Shown here: piece after piece, positions 1 through 7,245 of the stretch
Numbering within the stretch: the stretch's first letter is position 1
How the letters are laid out: every line of letters starts with the position of its first letter
Source: Candidatus Electronema aureum
Lineage (GTDB): Bacteria; Desulfobacterota; Desulfobulbia; Desulfobulbales; Desulfobulbaceae
Direction: 5' to 3'
DNA: 24,000 nucleotides
NCBI GenBank assembly: GCA_004284765.1
Contig: NQJD01000013.1
Coordinates: 24,701 to 48,700, forward strand
Notes under the pieces: model-generated
What the model was told of the DNA's origin: nothing
The model's database searches: none
What the model saw: only the letters and a program-made list of their open reading frames with translations
Translations under genes and position numbers: made by a program

Positions 1-1
1 T

Positions 2-202
2 GATTATGGTGTGTACAAGAACATCAAACAGCAAAATCTCGGTCAAGAGGGAACAGCGATGGGTGTGCAGTTTGTTCAGCAGCTTGCTGACTGGAACTCC
101 GAGCTATATGCGGCTTATCGCAATTTTGAGTTGGAAGATACTACCGAAGCAAACTACGAAAATATCAACATTGTAATGGGTGGCGCACGGTTTAAGTTCT
201 AA
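2..202 (+). CDS. 3' end of an outer-membrane beta-barrel/porin-like protein (5' part lies outside the window)
   Basis: The frame is open from the window edge (..DYGVYKNIK..) to TAA at 200-202. The C-terminus ..NINIVMGGARFKF ends in Phe after alternating hydrophobic residues, the usual terminal beta-strand signature of OM barrels. Only ~66 aa are visible, so the family call is weak. Confidence 0.45.
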   Translation, partial: DYGVYKNIKQQNLGQEGTAMGVQFVQQLADWNSELYAAYRNFELEDTTEANYENINIVMGGARFKF

Positions 203-303
203 GCAGGTCGTTCCCTATTTTCCCACCTGTGCTGGAGATGCCGCTTGGTATCTTCAGCCGTTTTTCCTCGTTCGCCGCCCCCTTTTCTTTCCACACATCT
301 CTA

Positions 304-1005
304 ATGGCAAAAGAAAAAATCCTGATAATTGAGGACGCGGAGGATATCCTTGAATTAGTCCGCTACAATTTAGCCAAAGAAGGCTATCAGGTGAGTTGCG
401 CCATGTCCGGCGAAGAGGCCTTGAATGCGGTACGTCAGGCCACTTTTGATTTGATTTTGCTGGATATTATGCTACCAGGTTTAGACGGCTTGGAGGTCTG
501 CCGACGGCTGCGGCGGAACATCGCCACAGCTCATGTCCCCATCATTATGCTCACTGCCAAAAGCGAAGAAACCGACATGGTGGTCGGCTTGGAGCTGGGC
601 GCGGATGATTACATGACCAAGCCTTTTAGCCCGCGTGTGCTCACTGCCCGCATTCGGGCCGCGCTGCGCCGCTCGCAACAGGAAGGTCAGTTGGAAGAAA
701 AAGCTGATATCTTCAGCTTCGGCGATTTGCAAATTGACTGCTCACGTCACGAAGTTTCGGTCAAAGGCGAGTTAGTGCGCCTAACCGCCACTGAGTTTGG
801 CATTTTGCTTTGCCTAACCAAGCGACCTGGCTGGGTCTTTAGTCGTTATCAGATTGTTGAGGCGGTACGCGGCGAGGATTACAGCGTCACCGACCGAGCT
901 GTGGATGTGCAAATTGTTGGCCTACGAAAAAAGCTCGGCGAGCTGGGTTGCTGCATTGAAACTGTGCGCGGGGTTGGCTATCGTTTTAATGCTCAAACCG
1001 GGTGA
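304..1005 (+). CDS. OmpR/PhoB-family two-component response regulator (receiver + winged-helix DNA-binding domain)
   Basis: Receiver motifs are present: ILIIEDAEDI, LILLDIMLPGLDG (phospho-acceptor Asp) and MLTAKSEE..GADDYMTKPFSP. The C-terminal winged helix has LTATEFGILL, DRAVDVQIVGLRKKL and TVRGVGYRF, close to E. coli PhoB as I recall it. I chose ATG 304 (MAKEKILIIED); the GTG-229 extension has no receiver-like sequence. Confidence 0.9.
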   Translation: MAKEKILIIEDAEDILELVRYNLAKEGYQVSCAMSGEEALNAVRQATFDLILLDIMLPGLDGLEVCRRLRRNIATAHVPIIMLTAKSEETDMVVGLELGADDYMTKPFSPRVLTARIRAALRRSQQEGQLEEKADIFSFGDLQIDCSRHEVSVKGELVRLTATEFGILLCLTKRPGWVFSRYQIVEAVRGEDYSVTDRAVDVQIVGLRKKLGELGCCIETVRGVGYRFNAQTG

Positions 1006-1904
1006 TCCAAGATTGCCAAGCCAAAGCCAGTTTTTCCATAACCATTACCGTTGTAAAGCATATATCTTTGCCCATCATGATCAAACACAAAGGGATATTC
1101 AATCATTTCAGAATCCCATCCGGTCAGAGATACATCTATACCAGATAAATGATCAAGTCTGTCCCAATGCTTACCATCAGTTGATTCTGCATAGCCAATT
1201 CGATAGGAATGCCCACGGAAAGAATACCACATTCGCCAGCGGTCTGTATCATGAATAACTGATGGACGAGATATTGCATATTCATGTTCAGTCGAATAAT
1301 CAATTGCAACAAGACCATCCCGCTGCCAGCTTATTCCATCATGAGATTCAGCATATTTTATATGATATTTATGTTCTGGCTTTCCATTGCGTATCTGCCA
1401 GCCTGTACAGGACAAATACCACATTTTCCAAATATTTTCTTCATGGATAACACAGCAGCTGGCGCAAAAATGAGGCTCTCGTACAGAGCGGTCAAGAATT
1501 GGGCCGTTGGAATATCTCTTAAATATTTTTCCATCTGTACTAATTGATAATCCTATTGAGTTCCGAAATGGGACGGTTACACCAAGATTCCACCCTATAT
1601 AATAAAAATATTTTTCATCACCTTGCTGTGTAAGCCAAGTTGCCATTGCGCCGCTATCATCAAATTCTCCCATTTCTCCTGGTGATAAAACTGGTTCAGA
1701 AGACAAATCAACGATTTGATCAGGACGAGTGATGTCAATCACTACATAACCGGTAAAGCTTCTGTTTAAATTGTCTCTGGTGCTGAAATAAATTTTGAAT
1801 AATCTATCTTCCACATTTTCAGCAACAGGAACGGCAGCATGTGACCTCATCCACTCAATATTACCTGACGGACAAAAAACATGGCCAAGTTTTTTCCATT
1901 TCAT
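993..1904 (-). CDS. Beta-propeller protein of the GH32/43/130-like fold (predicted glycosidase/glycosylase), last gene of the AT-rich glycan operon
   Basis: 303-aa ORF with an ATG start. It begins MKWKKLGHVF.P......W..SHAAVP....D.LFKIYFSTRD. Recurring W/Y-rich blades (WKMWYLS, WRMWYSF, YRIGYAES.DG.HW) resemble propeller proteins seen in polysaccharide clusters. The function is not established. The 3' end overlaps the convergent regulator gene by 13 nt. Confidence 0.7.
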   Translation of the reverse strand: MKWKKLGHVFCPSGNIEWMRSHAAVPVAENVEDRLFKIYFSTRDNLNRSFTGYVVIDITRPDQIVDLSSEPVLSPGEMGEFDDSGAMATWLTQQGDEKYFYYIGWNLGVTVPFRNSIGLSISTDGKIFKRYSNGPILDRSVREPHFCASCCVIHEENIWKMWYLSCTGWQIRNGKPEHKYHIKYAESHDGISWQRDGLVAIDYSTEHEYAISRPSVIHDTDRWRMWYSFRGHSYRIGYAESTDGKHWDRLDHLSGIDVSLTGWDSEMIEYPFVFDHDGQRYMLYNGNGYGKTGFGLAILDHPV

Positions 1905-1911
1905 GGTATGT

Positions 1912-2577
1912 TTATATTTTTCTCAATCTCGTACTCGGTACTTTTGAACGTTCAGTTGCTGTACTAATATATACACCTTCTGGTTCTGTATCAGCCAAGA
2001 GGAGCGCGTTAGCCCCAATGACGCATCTATCTCCTACTTTGATGTGATCACGTAATGTTGCATTTACACCAATAAAACATTGTTCGCCAATTTCAACACC
2101 TCCAGAAATAACCACATGAGATGATATAAAATTATGATCCTTTATTACCGAGTGATGACCAATATGATTTCCGCTCCAGATAGTCACGTTGTTGCCGATA
2201 GTGACAAAAGGCTGAATAGTATTGTCTTCTAATATAAAACAATTTTCTCCGATCATCCCCTGATTAAGAACTGTGGCTTTAGGGCTAATAAAATTAGCAA
2301 ATTGATATCCTAACAATTTTGCTTTGATATATTTTTCTTTCCTTACAGCATTAAGTTTTGAATAACTTAATGCCACAAAAAAAGCGTGATCTGTCGGAGG
2401 ATAGAACCTCAATACATCTTCAAACGCAACAACAGGAAGATCGCAAAATTTGTGTTCTTTTATATATTCTGCATCAACTACAAAAGCTACAGTTTGGCAT
2501 TCTGAATCAGTGCTGAAATAAAAATGAGCAATCTGGGCAATGTCTCCTGTGCCAAAAATAACAAGTTTTTTTTTCAT
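1912..2577 (-). CDS. NeuD/PglD-type sugar N/O-acyltransferase (left-handed beta-helix, hexapeptide repeats)
   Basis: The N-terminus has a Rossmann-like MKKKLVIFGTGDIAQIA. The C-terminal part carries hexapeptide repeats (IGENCFI..NTIQPFVTIGNNVTIWSGNHIGHHSVI..HVVISGGVEIGEQCFIGVNATL..VGDRCVIGANALL). The ATG at 2575-2577 overlaps the upstream stop (ATGA). The ORF-track start at 2661 was rejected as an extension. Confidence 0.85.
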   Translation of the reverse strand: MKKKLVIFGTGDIAQIAHFYFSTDSECQTVAFVVDAEYIKEHKFCDLPVVAFEDVLRFYPPTDHAFFVALSYSKLNAVRKEKYIKAKLLGYQFANFISPKATVLNQGMIGENCFILEDNTIQPFVTIGNNVTIWSGNHIGHHSVIKDHNFISSHVVISGGVEIGEQCFIGVNATLRDHIKVGDRCVIGANALLLADTEPEGVYISTATERSKVPSTRLRKI

Positions 2578-3209
2578 AGTATTTTTTTCACAATAATTGT
2601 AAATTCGTAAAGACCGTAATCGTGTAACAAGGATACATTTTTTGAGTATAATCTCTTGCAACGATCAAACAGTACACAAGGATCAGCGTAATAAAGATAA
2701 TCACGTTTTTTATCAGTATCAGAATATGATGTTAAGCAATTAAAGGCGAATCCAACGCGACTCGTTCGATGCAGGTCGTCTAAAACAGAATGAATGTAGT
2801 CGCTCCATTCAGCATTCGTCTTTTCAAGACGGACATTAAAAATACCACTTGCCATTCCATAATCGGCATTTTGGTCAGGATGAGACGAGATAACAAACCT
2901 TACTTGCGATCCGCGCTGACAATGCCGCGTTGCGGCTTGAATCATCTCACGAGATACATCAATTCCAATATATAAAAATTCCTGATATCTACTTAGGAGG
3001 AAATGGTAAAATGCCCCATAGCCGCAACCAAGGTCATTCAAAGAAAAATTTGAATCTGTAACAATAAGTTTACAAAGTTGTTCAAAGCGGATCGTTTGAC
3101 TTTCGTGTCCATTCCAATCGACACCTTGAGGCGTCTGTCCATGCTGCGCAAGTTTTTCTGCGTAATAAGCAGCAACATCATTAAGAAGATCAACTTTCTT
3201 TTCTTGCAT
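2574..3209 (-). CDS. Class I SAM-dependent methyltransferase
   Basis: Motif I LNDLGCGYGAF is followed by YIGIDVS and an acidic loop. Start chosen at ATG 3207-3209 (MQEKKVDLL..), which overlaps the upstream GT2 gene by 20 nt. Confidence 0.85.
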   Translation of the reverse strand: MQEKKVDLLNDVAAYYAEKLAQHGQTPQGVDWNGHESQTIRFEQLCKLIVTDSNFSLNDLGCGYGAFYHFLLSRYQEFLYIGIDVSREMIQAATRHCQRGSQVRFVISSHPDQNADYGMASGIFNVRLEKTNAEWSDYIHSVLDDLHRTSRVGFAFNCLTSYSDTDKKRDYLYYADPCVLFDRCKRLYSKNVSLLHDYGLYEFTIIVKKIL

Positions 3210-4119
3210 AAATTTCTCGCACGATGGTATAAGGCCGCTGCTTCGTTTCCGAAAAAATTTTTGAAAGGTAAATACCAATCACGCCAACAAAGGAAATTAT
3301 CATGCCACCAAGCAACCATATTGAAGCCATGATCGATGTCCATCCGCTCAACGGTTTAGCAAGAAATGCCAAATGCACAAGCAACCAAGTAATATAGCTT
3401 ACAGCAAGAAAAGAAATAATAATTCCAATGTAAAAAATGATAATCAATGGAGCATTACTGAATGAAGTTACTGAGTTGACCAATAAAGCCATTTTTCTAC
3501 GTAAAGTATATGTTGTTGCACTCTCACTGTACTTTTTTATAAAATGAGGTTGTTGATTAAAACCAGTGATTTGCCAGAGGCCTGCTATTAAAATTTCTCT
3601 TTCTTTATGGAGTAATAAAGAATCAACGTAACGTCGTGTCATTAATCGTGCTGTAACGGCATTTTCAGGCAAAGAGAGTCCTGTTAGGATGTTAAATAAA
3701 CTATAGAATAAACTTCCGCTCCAACGCTCAAACCATCCCCCTTTGCGCTGTTCTTGAACCCCATAAATCACATCGCAGCAATCTCTTTGCATCTGCATGG
3801 AAAAGCTGATTAGATATTCTGGCTCTTCTTCAAGATCACTGTCGATTAAAAAAATTTGTTCCCCTTTAGCATAGGAAAGTCCTGTCATCATCGCTTTGTG
3901 ATGGCCAAAATTACGAGAAAGATCAACGAGAATAACGTGATGATCACGCACGGTAAGTTCTATGGCCAGCTCAAGACTCTTATCAGGCGAGCCGTCATTG
4001 ACGAAAATAATTTCATATTCTTCGTCAACGATCTGGCGGGCCACTGCACTTGCCCGTTCATGGAATTCTTGAATATACGGGGCAGATTGATAGAGAGTTG
4101 TGACAATAGAAAGCTTCAT
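3190..4119 (-). CDS. GT2 polyprenyl-phosphate glycosyltransferase (GtrB/ArnC-like) with C-terminal transmembrane pair
   Basis: The start [15 protein letters not shown], then [10 protein letters not shown] and LIDSDLEE (DxD), are GT-A signatures. Two hydrophobic helices lie near the C-terminus ([21 protein letters not shown]; [23 protein letters not shown]), as in bactoprenol glycosyltransferases. The ATG at 4117-4119 overlaps the upstream stop (ATGA). Confidence 0.88.
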   Translation of the reverse strand: MKLSIVTTLYQSAPYIQEFHERASAVARQIVDEEYEIIFVNDGSPDKSLELAIELTVRDHHVILVDLSRNFGHHKAMMTGLSYAKGEQIFLIDSDLEEEPEYLISFSMQMQRDCCDVIYGVQEQRKGGWFERWSGSLFYSLFNILTGLSLPENAVTARLMTRRYVDSLLLHKEREILIAGLWQITGFNQQPHFIKKYSESATTYTLRRKMALLVNSVTSFSNAPLIIIFYIGIIISFLAVSYITWLLVHLAFLAKPLSGWTSIMASIWLLGGMIISFVGVIGIYLSKIFSETKQRPYTIVREIYARKES

Positions 4120-4811
4120 GGAAGAATATGTTTCATATAATGACATGCTTCTTTGCCACAATTAAACAAAAGATCAAGAATCGTTACGCCATGCTTGAAA
4201 TTTCCCCAAAGTTGTGTATATTCAGGGTAGCCTGCATAATCAAACCATGTCAATTTGATGTTCATATCACGGAACACCTGTTCTTCGATATAATTTTTAG
4301 CAGCTGGGCCTGAAATATATTCAGTGCCGCCTGCCTGCACACAAAGATCAGCTAACCGTTCAGTTTTACTGTTGATCAAATTGTAATCACTTGAATGAGT
4401 GATAGCAGTTTTGATCCCCAAGTAATGACAAATAGCTTTAATAAATTTTCGATTAAGTTCGGATAGACCACTATATGACTCGCCAAGATACAGCGGCTCA
4501 AGCCATTCAGCAATTTCGCTAAAATGTTCTGCCCGACGATAGTTCATCATTAATTTTTTCCAATGATCTACAGCCCAGTCAGTTCCATCAATTTCAGTTT
4601 CATTTATTTTCTGATAAAATTTACCTTTTACTATAACTGGAACTGTCATCCATTGGACACCTTGTGGTGTTTTAATTTGATTTCTATTTCGCCAGTCTCT
4701 TCGGGTAAACTGCATGTCGTCATAAAGAATAAATTCATCAACAGCGGCAATTATATCAAAGTAGCCCTTCCAAGGAATATAATTTGATTGAATAATAGCT
4801 ATTTTTTTCAT
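4116..4811 (-). CDS. WbqC-family protein (polysaccharide-cluster protein of unknown biochemistry)
   Basis: [21 protein letters not shown]...[21 protein letters not shown] matches the WbqC-like N-terminal signature as I remember it. It is the first gene of the minus-strand operon. Start chosen at ATG 4809-4811; ATG 4830-4832 is an alternative. Confidence 0.75.
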   Translation of the reverse strand: MKKIAIIQSNYIPWKGYFDIIAAVDEFILYDDMQFTRRDWRNRNQIKTPQGVQWMTVPVIVKGKFYQKINETEIDGTDWAVDHWKKLMMNYRRAEHFSEIAEWLEPLYLGESYSGLSELNRKFIKAICHYLGIKTAITHSSDYNLINSKTERLADLCVQAGGTEYISGPAAKNYIEEQVFRDMNIKLTWFDYAGYPEYTQLWGNFKHGVTILDLLFNCGKEACHYMKHILP

Positions 4812-4966
4812 ATATTTTTTGTTGCAACGCATCGTATATGATACCGATACTGTTTGTGATAAAGTAGCTCACGTCGCGAATATTCCTCTTCAGTCCTTCT
4901 TGCGCTGTCAGCGACAGAATTGAGGGGTAAAATTACCATGTTTCCTTCTTTGCTCCCAGTAAATAA

Positions 4967-5779
4967 ATGAACCTTGCTATAAAAAACGCCTTAGTGCTGG
5001 GTGCGAGCCGAGGCATTGGCCGGGCAATTGCCCGCAGATTGACCGCTGAAGGAGCGCAACTGATCTTGCCTTGGTTTGATTGGCCTGAATCCGTGCAGGA
5101 AATGGAAGAGGAATTCAGCGGACACCTTACCTTGCAGGCTGATCTGCGTGATGCGGAGAGCGTGCAGGCAATGAGTCGGCGTATCGCGAACGAATACGGT
5201 ACGCTCCATGTCCTGATCAACAACATTGAGCGTGGCGGTATGCCGGTGGTTCATGGCAGCTATCGCCGCCCAGTCAATCGCGAGCAGTGGCAGCTGGAAC
5301 TCGACACTACGCTACACGCCAAGTGGTTGGTTTTTGATGCCTGCCTGCCCTTGCTGCGGCAGGCCAAGCAGGCGGCAGTGGTCAATATCTCCTCAGTGGC
5401 AGCGATCACCGGACGTTCTGGCCCAGCTGGTCTACTCTTCAGCGACGGCTATACTGCCGCAAATCGAGGTATCAGTTCGTTCACCGAAACGTGGGCGCGG
5501 ATAGCTGCGCCAAGCATTCGGGTCAACGAGCTGATGCTCGGCTTGATCGACAGCCGCCACGGGCCAAGCACTAAGGGATGGTCTTTATTAAAGGAAGCGG
5601 AACGAGAGGCACTGCTGCGGCACACTCTGCTGGGGCGCACTGGTAGCCCAGAAGAGGTAGCGGAAGCCGCGCTTTTTCTGCTGAGGGCAGATTATATGAC
5701 CGGCGCGACGCTTCGGTTAGATGGCGGCTTTGTCTTGGGTGGGGAAAAGGTGCCAGAGATGCCGGACGGGGTAATCTGA
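4967..5779 (+). CDS. Short-chain dehydrogenase/reductase (SDR) family protein with atypical active-site motif
   Basis: NAD(P)-binding LVLGASRGIGRAIARRL and NNIE (NNAG-like) are present, plus NISSVAA (catalytic Ser region). The usual YxxxK reads YTAAN (no Lys). ATG start; convergent with the next gene across a 3-nt gap. Confidence 0.85.
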   Translation: MNLAIKNALVLGASRGIGRAIARRLTAEGAQLILPWFDWPESVQEMEEEFSGHLTLQADLRDAESVQAMSRRIANEYGTLHVLINNIERGGMPVVHGSYRRPVNREQWQLELDTTLHAKWLVFDACLPLLRQAKQAAVVNISSVAAITGRSGPAGLLFSDGYTAANRGISSFTETWARIAAPSIRVNELMLGLIDSRHGPSTKGWSLLKEAEREALLRHTLLGRTGSPEEVAEAALFLLRADYMTGATLRLDGGFVLGGEKVPEMPDGVI

Positions 5780-5782
5780 GGC

Positions 5783-7225
5783 TCAGACAAAGTCGATGCT
5801 CACTGGGCAGTGGTCGGAGCCGTGGATATCATCGTGAATTTCGGCGGCCCGGACTCGGTTTCGGCTGCGTTCGTCCACGACGAAATAATCGATCCGCCAG
5901 CCCACATTGCGCTGCCGAGCAGCGGTGCGGTAGCTCCACCAGCTGTAGCGTTCCGGCTCGGCATGAAAGAGGCGGAAGGTATCGAGATAGCCTGCTTGGA
6001 CTAACTCATCCATCCAAGCTCGCTCCTCAGGAGAGAAGCCGGGACTCTGCACATTTGCTTTGGGATTGGCAAGATCGATTTCCTTGTGCGCTACATTCAA
6101 ATCGCCGCACAGCAGCACTGACTTTTCCACTGCCAACTGGTTCAAATGATCCAGCATCGCTCGGTTGAATGCCTGCTTAAAGGCCAAGCGTTTCAGGCCG
6201 TCTTGGGTATTAGGAAAATAGGCGGCGACTAAGTAAAAATCAGCAAATTCAAGGGTCAGCACCCGGCCTTCGCAGTCGAATTCTTCATGTCCCAAGCCGT
6301 AACGCACCCGCAACGGTTCTTTGCGGCTGAATACCGCCACTCCAGAGTAACCCTTTTTCTTAGCCGGATGCCACCAGACCTGATAGCCGGGGATGCTCCG
6401 GGCGGCTTCGGGCAATTGCTCTGGCAGGGCTTTGATCTCCTGCAAAGCAATGATGTCGGCGTTCAGCTTACTCATGCTATCAAGAAAGCCTTTGTCCATC
6501 ACCGCCCGCAACCCGTTGACATTCCAAGATACCAAGCGCAGGACTGGGCATGGAAACTGCTCCTTGCCTGCCGTCTTGCGCGGCTGTACACCGAGCTGCG
6601 GACAATAGGCAGCAATCACGCAGCGGTTGCAGTGCGGAGCGCGAGGTTTACAAGTGCCTTGGCCGAACGCCACCAGCAAAGAGTTAATGCGGAGCCAGTG
6701 CTGCTGCGGCAGTTTGGCCCGCAGAGCGGTCTCGGTCTCTGCGGGACTGCGGGTCTGCACATAGCCCCAGATGTTCATGATCCGATGTACGTGGGTGTCA
6801 ACGCAGATAGCAGGCTTGCTGAACGCCACCGCCATGACTAAGTTGGCGGTTTTACGACCTACGCCCGGTAGCCGGAGCAGTTCCTCGATGGTCTCTGGCA
6901 CCTGCCCAGCAAAGTCACGGCGGAGAACTTCAGGCAATGCGGCAAGGTAGCGGGCTTTACTGCGAAAGAAGCCCACGGGATAGATCAGCTTTTCCAATTC
7001 CGCAACTGAAAGTCGGGCAAGAGCCTCAGCGTTTTCTGCCTGAGCAAAGAGCCGCCGAGCTGCCCCCGCCGTGACTTCGTCTTTAGTGCGAGCGGAAAGA
7101 ATGGTTGCGGTCAAGACTTTGAAGGGGTCGTTCGTCTGGGCGGCAATCAAGTCAACCACCGGCACTTGGTATCCAGCAATCTCCTTGTTTAGCAGGGCAA
7201 CAACAGTATCGATGGGAAAAGTCAT
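5783..7225 (-). CDS. Fusion protein: endonuclease III (Nth, HhH-GPD glycosylase/AP lyase with 4Fe-4S loop) + exodeoxyribonuclease III (Xth-type AP endonuclease)
   Basis: Residues 1-~215 carry HhH LPGVGRKTANLVM (Lys125), VDTHVHR (Asp143) and CKPRAPHCNRCVIAAYC (C-x6-C-x2-C-x5-C). Residues ~229-480 carry LRLVSWNVNGLRA, ALQEIK, GDLNVAH and SDHCPVSIDF, the EEP-fold ExoIII motifs. It is one uninterrupted 480-aa frame with an ATG start. Confidence 0.85.
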   Translation of the reverse strand: MTFPIDTVVALLNKEIAGYQVPVVDLIAAQTNDPFKVLTATILSARTKDEVTAGAARRLFAQAENAEALARLSVAELEKLIYPVGFFRSKARYLAALPEVLRRDFAGQVPETIEELLRLPGVGRKTANLVMAVAFSKPAICVDTHVHRIMNIWGYVQTRSPAETETALRAKLPQQHWLRINSLLVAFGQGTCKPRAPHCNRCVIAAYCPQLGVQPRKTAGKEQFPCPVLRLVSWNVNGLRAVMDKGFLDSMSKLNADIIALQEIKALPEQLPEAARSIPGYQVWWHPAKKKGYSGVAVFSRKEPLRVRYGLGHEEFDCEGRVLTLEFADFYLVAAYFPNTQDGLKRLAFKQAFNRAMLDHLNQLAVEKSVLLCGDLNVAHKEIDLANPKANVQSPGFSPEERAWMDELVQAGYLDTFRLFHAEPERYSWWSYRTAARQRNVGWRIDYFVVDERSRNRVRAAEIHDDIHGSDHCPVSIDFV

Positions 7226-7245
7226 GGTTCGCGCTTATCAAACAC

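Noticed and set aside
229-303. N-terminal extensions offered by the ORF track (229 for the regulator; likewise 2661, 3278, 4161, 4832, 9738, 10911, 15727 and 22247)
   Set aside because: The internal ATGs give canonical family N-termini, remove gene overlaps or create ATGA coupling, and in several cases sit behind a visible RBS. The extensions add non-homologous residues.
854-1258. 134-aa plus-strand ORF spanning the regulator/propeller-gene boundary, and other 60-100-aa ORFs in 1136-1547, 2790-3343, 3856-4313 and 4563-4787
   Set aside because: They overlap better-supported genes on the opposite strand or in another frame, and they have low-complexity, AT-rich-codon translations.
6287-6841. 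184-aa plus-strand ORF inside the nth-xth fusion gene
   Set aside because: It is antisense to a frame carrying complete Nth and Xth motif sets, and it has no motifs of its own.
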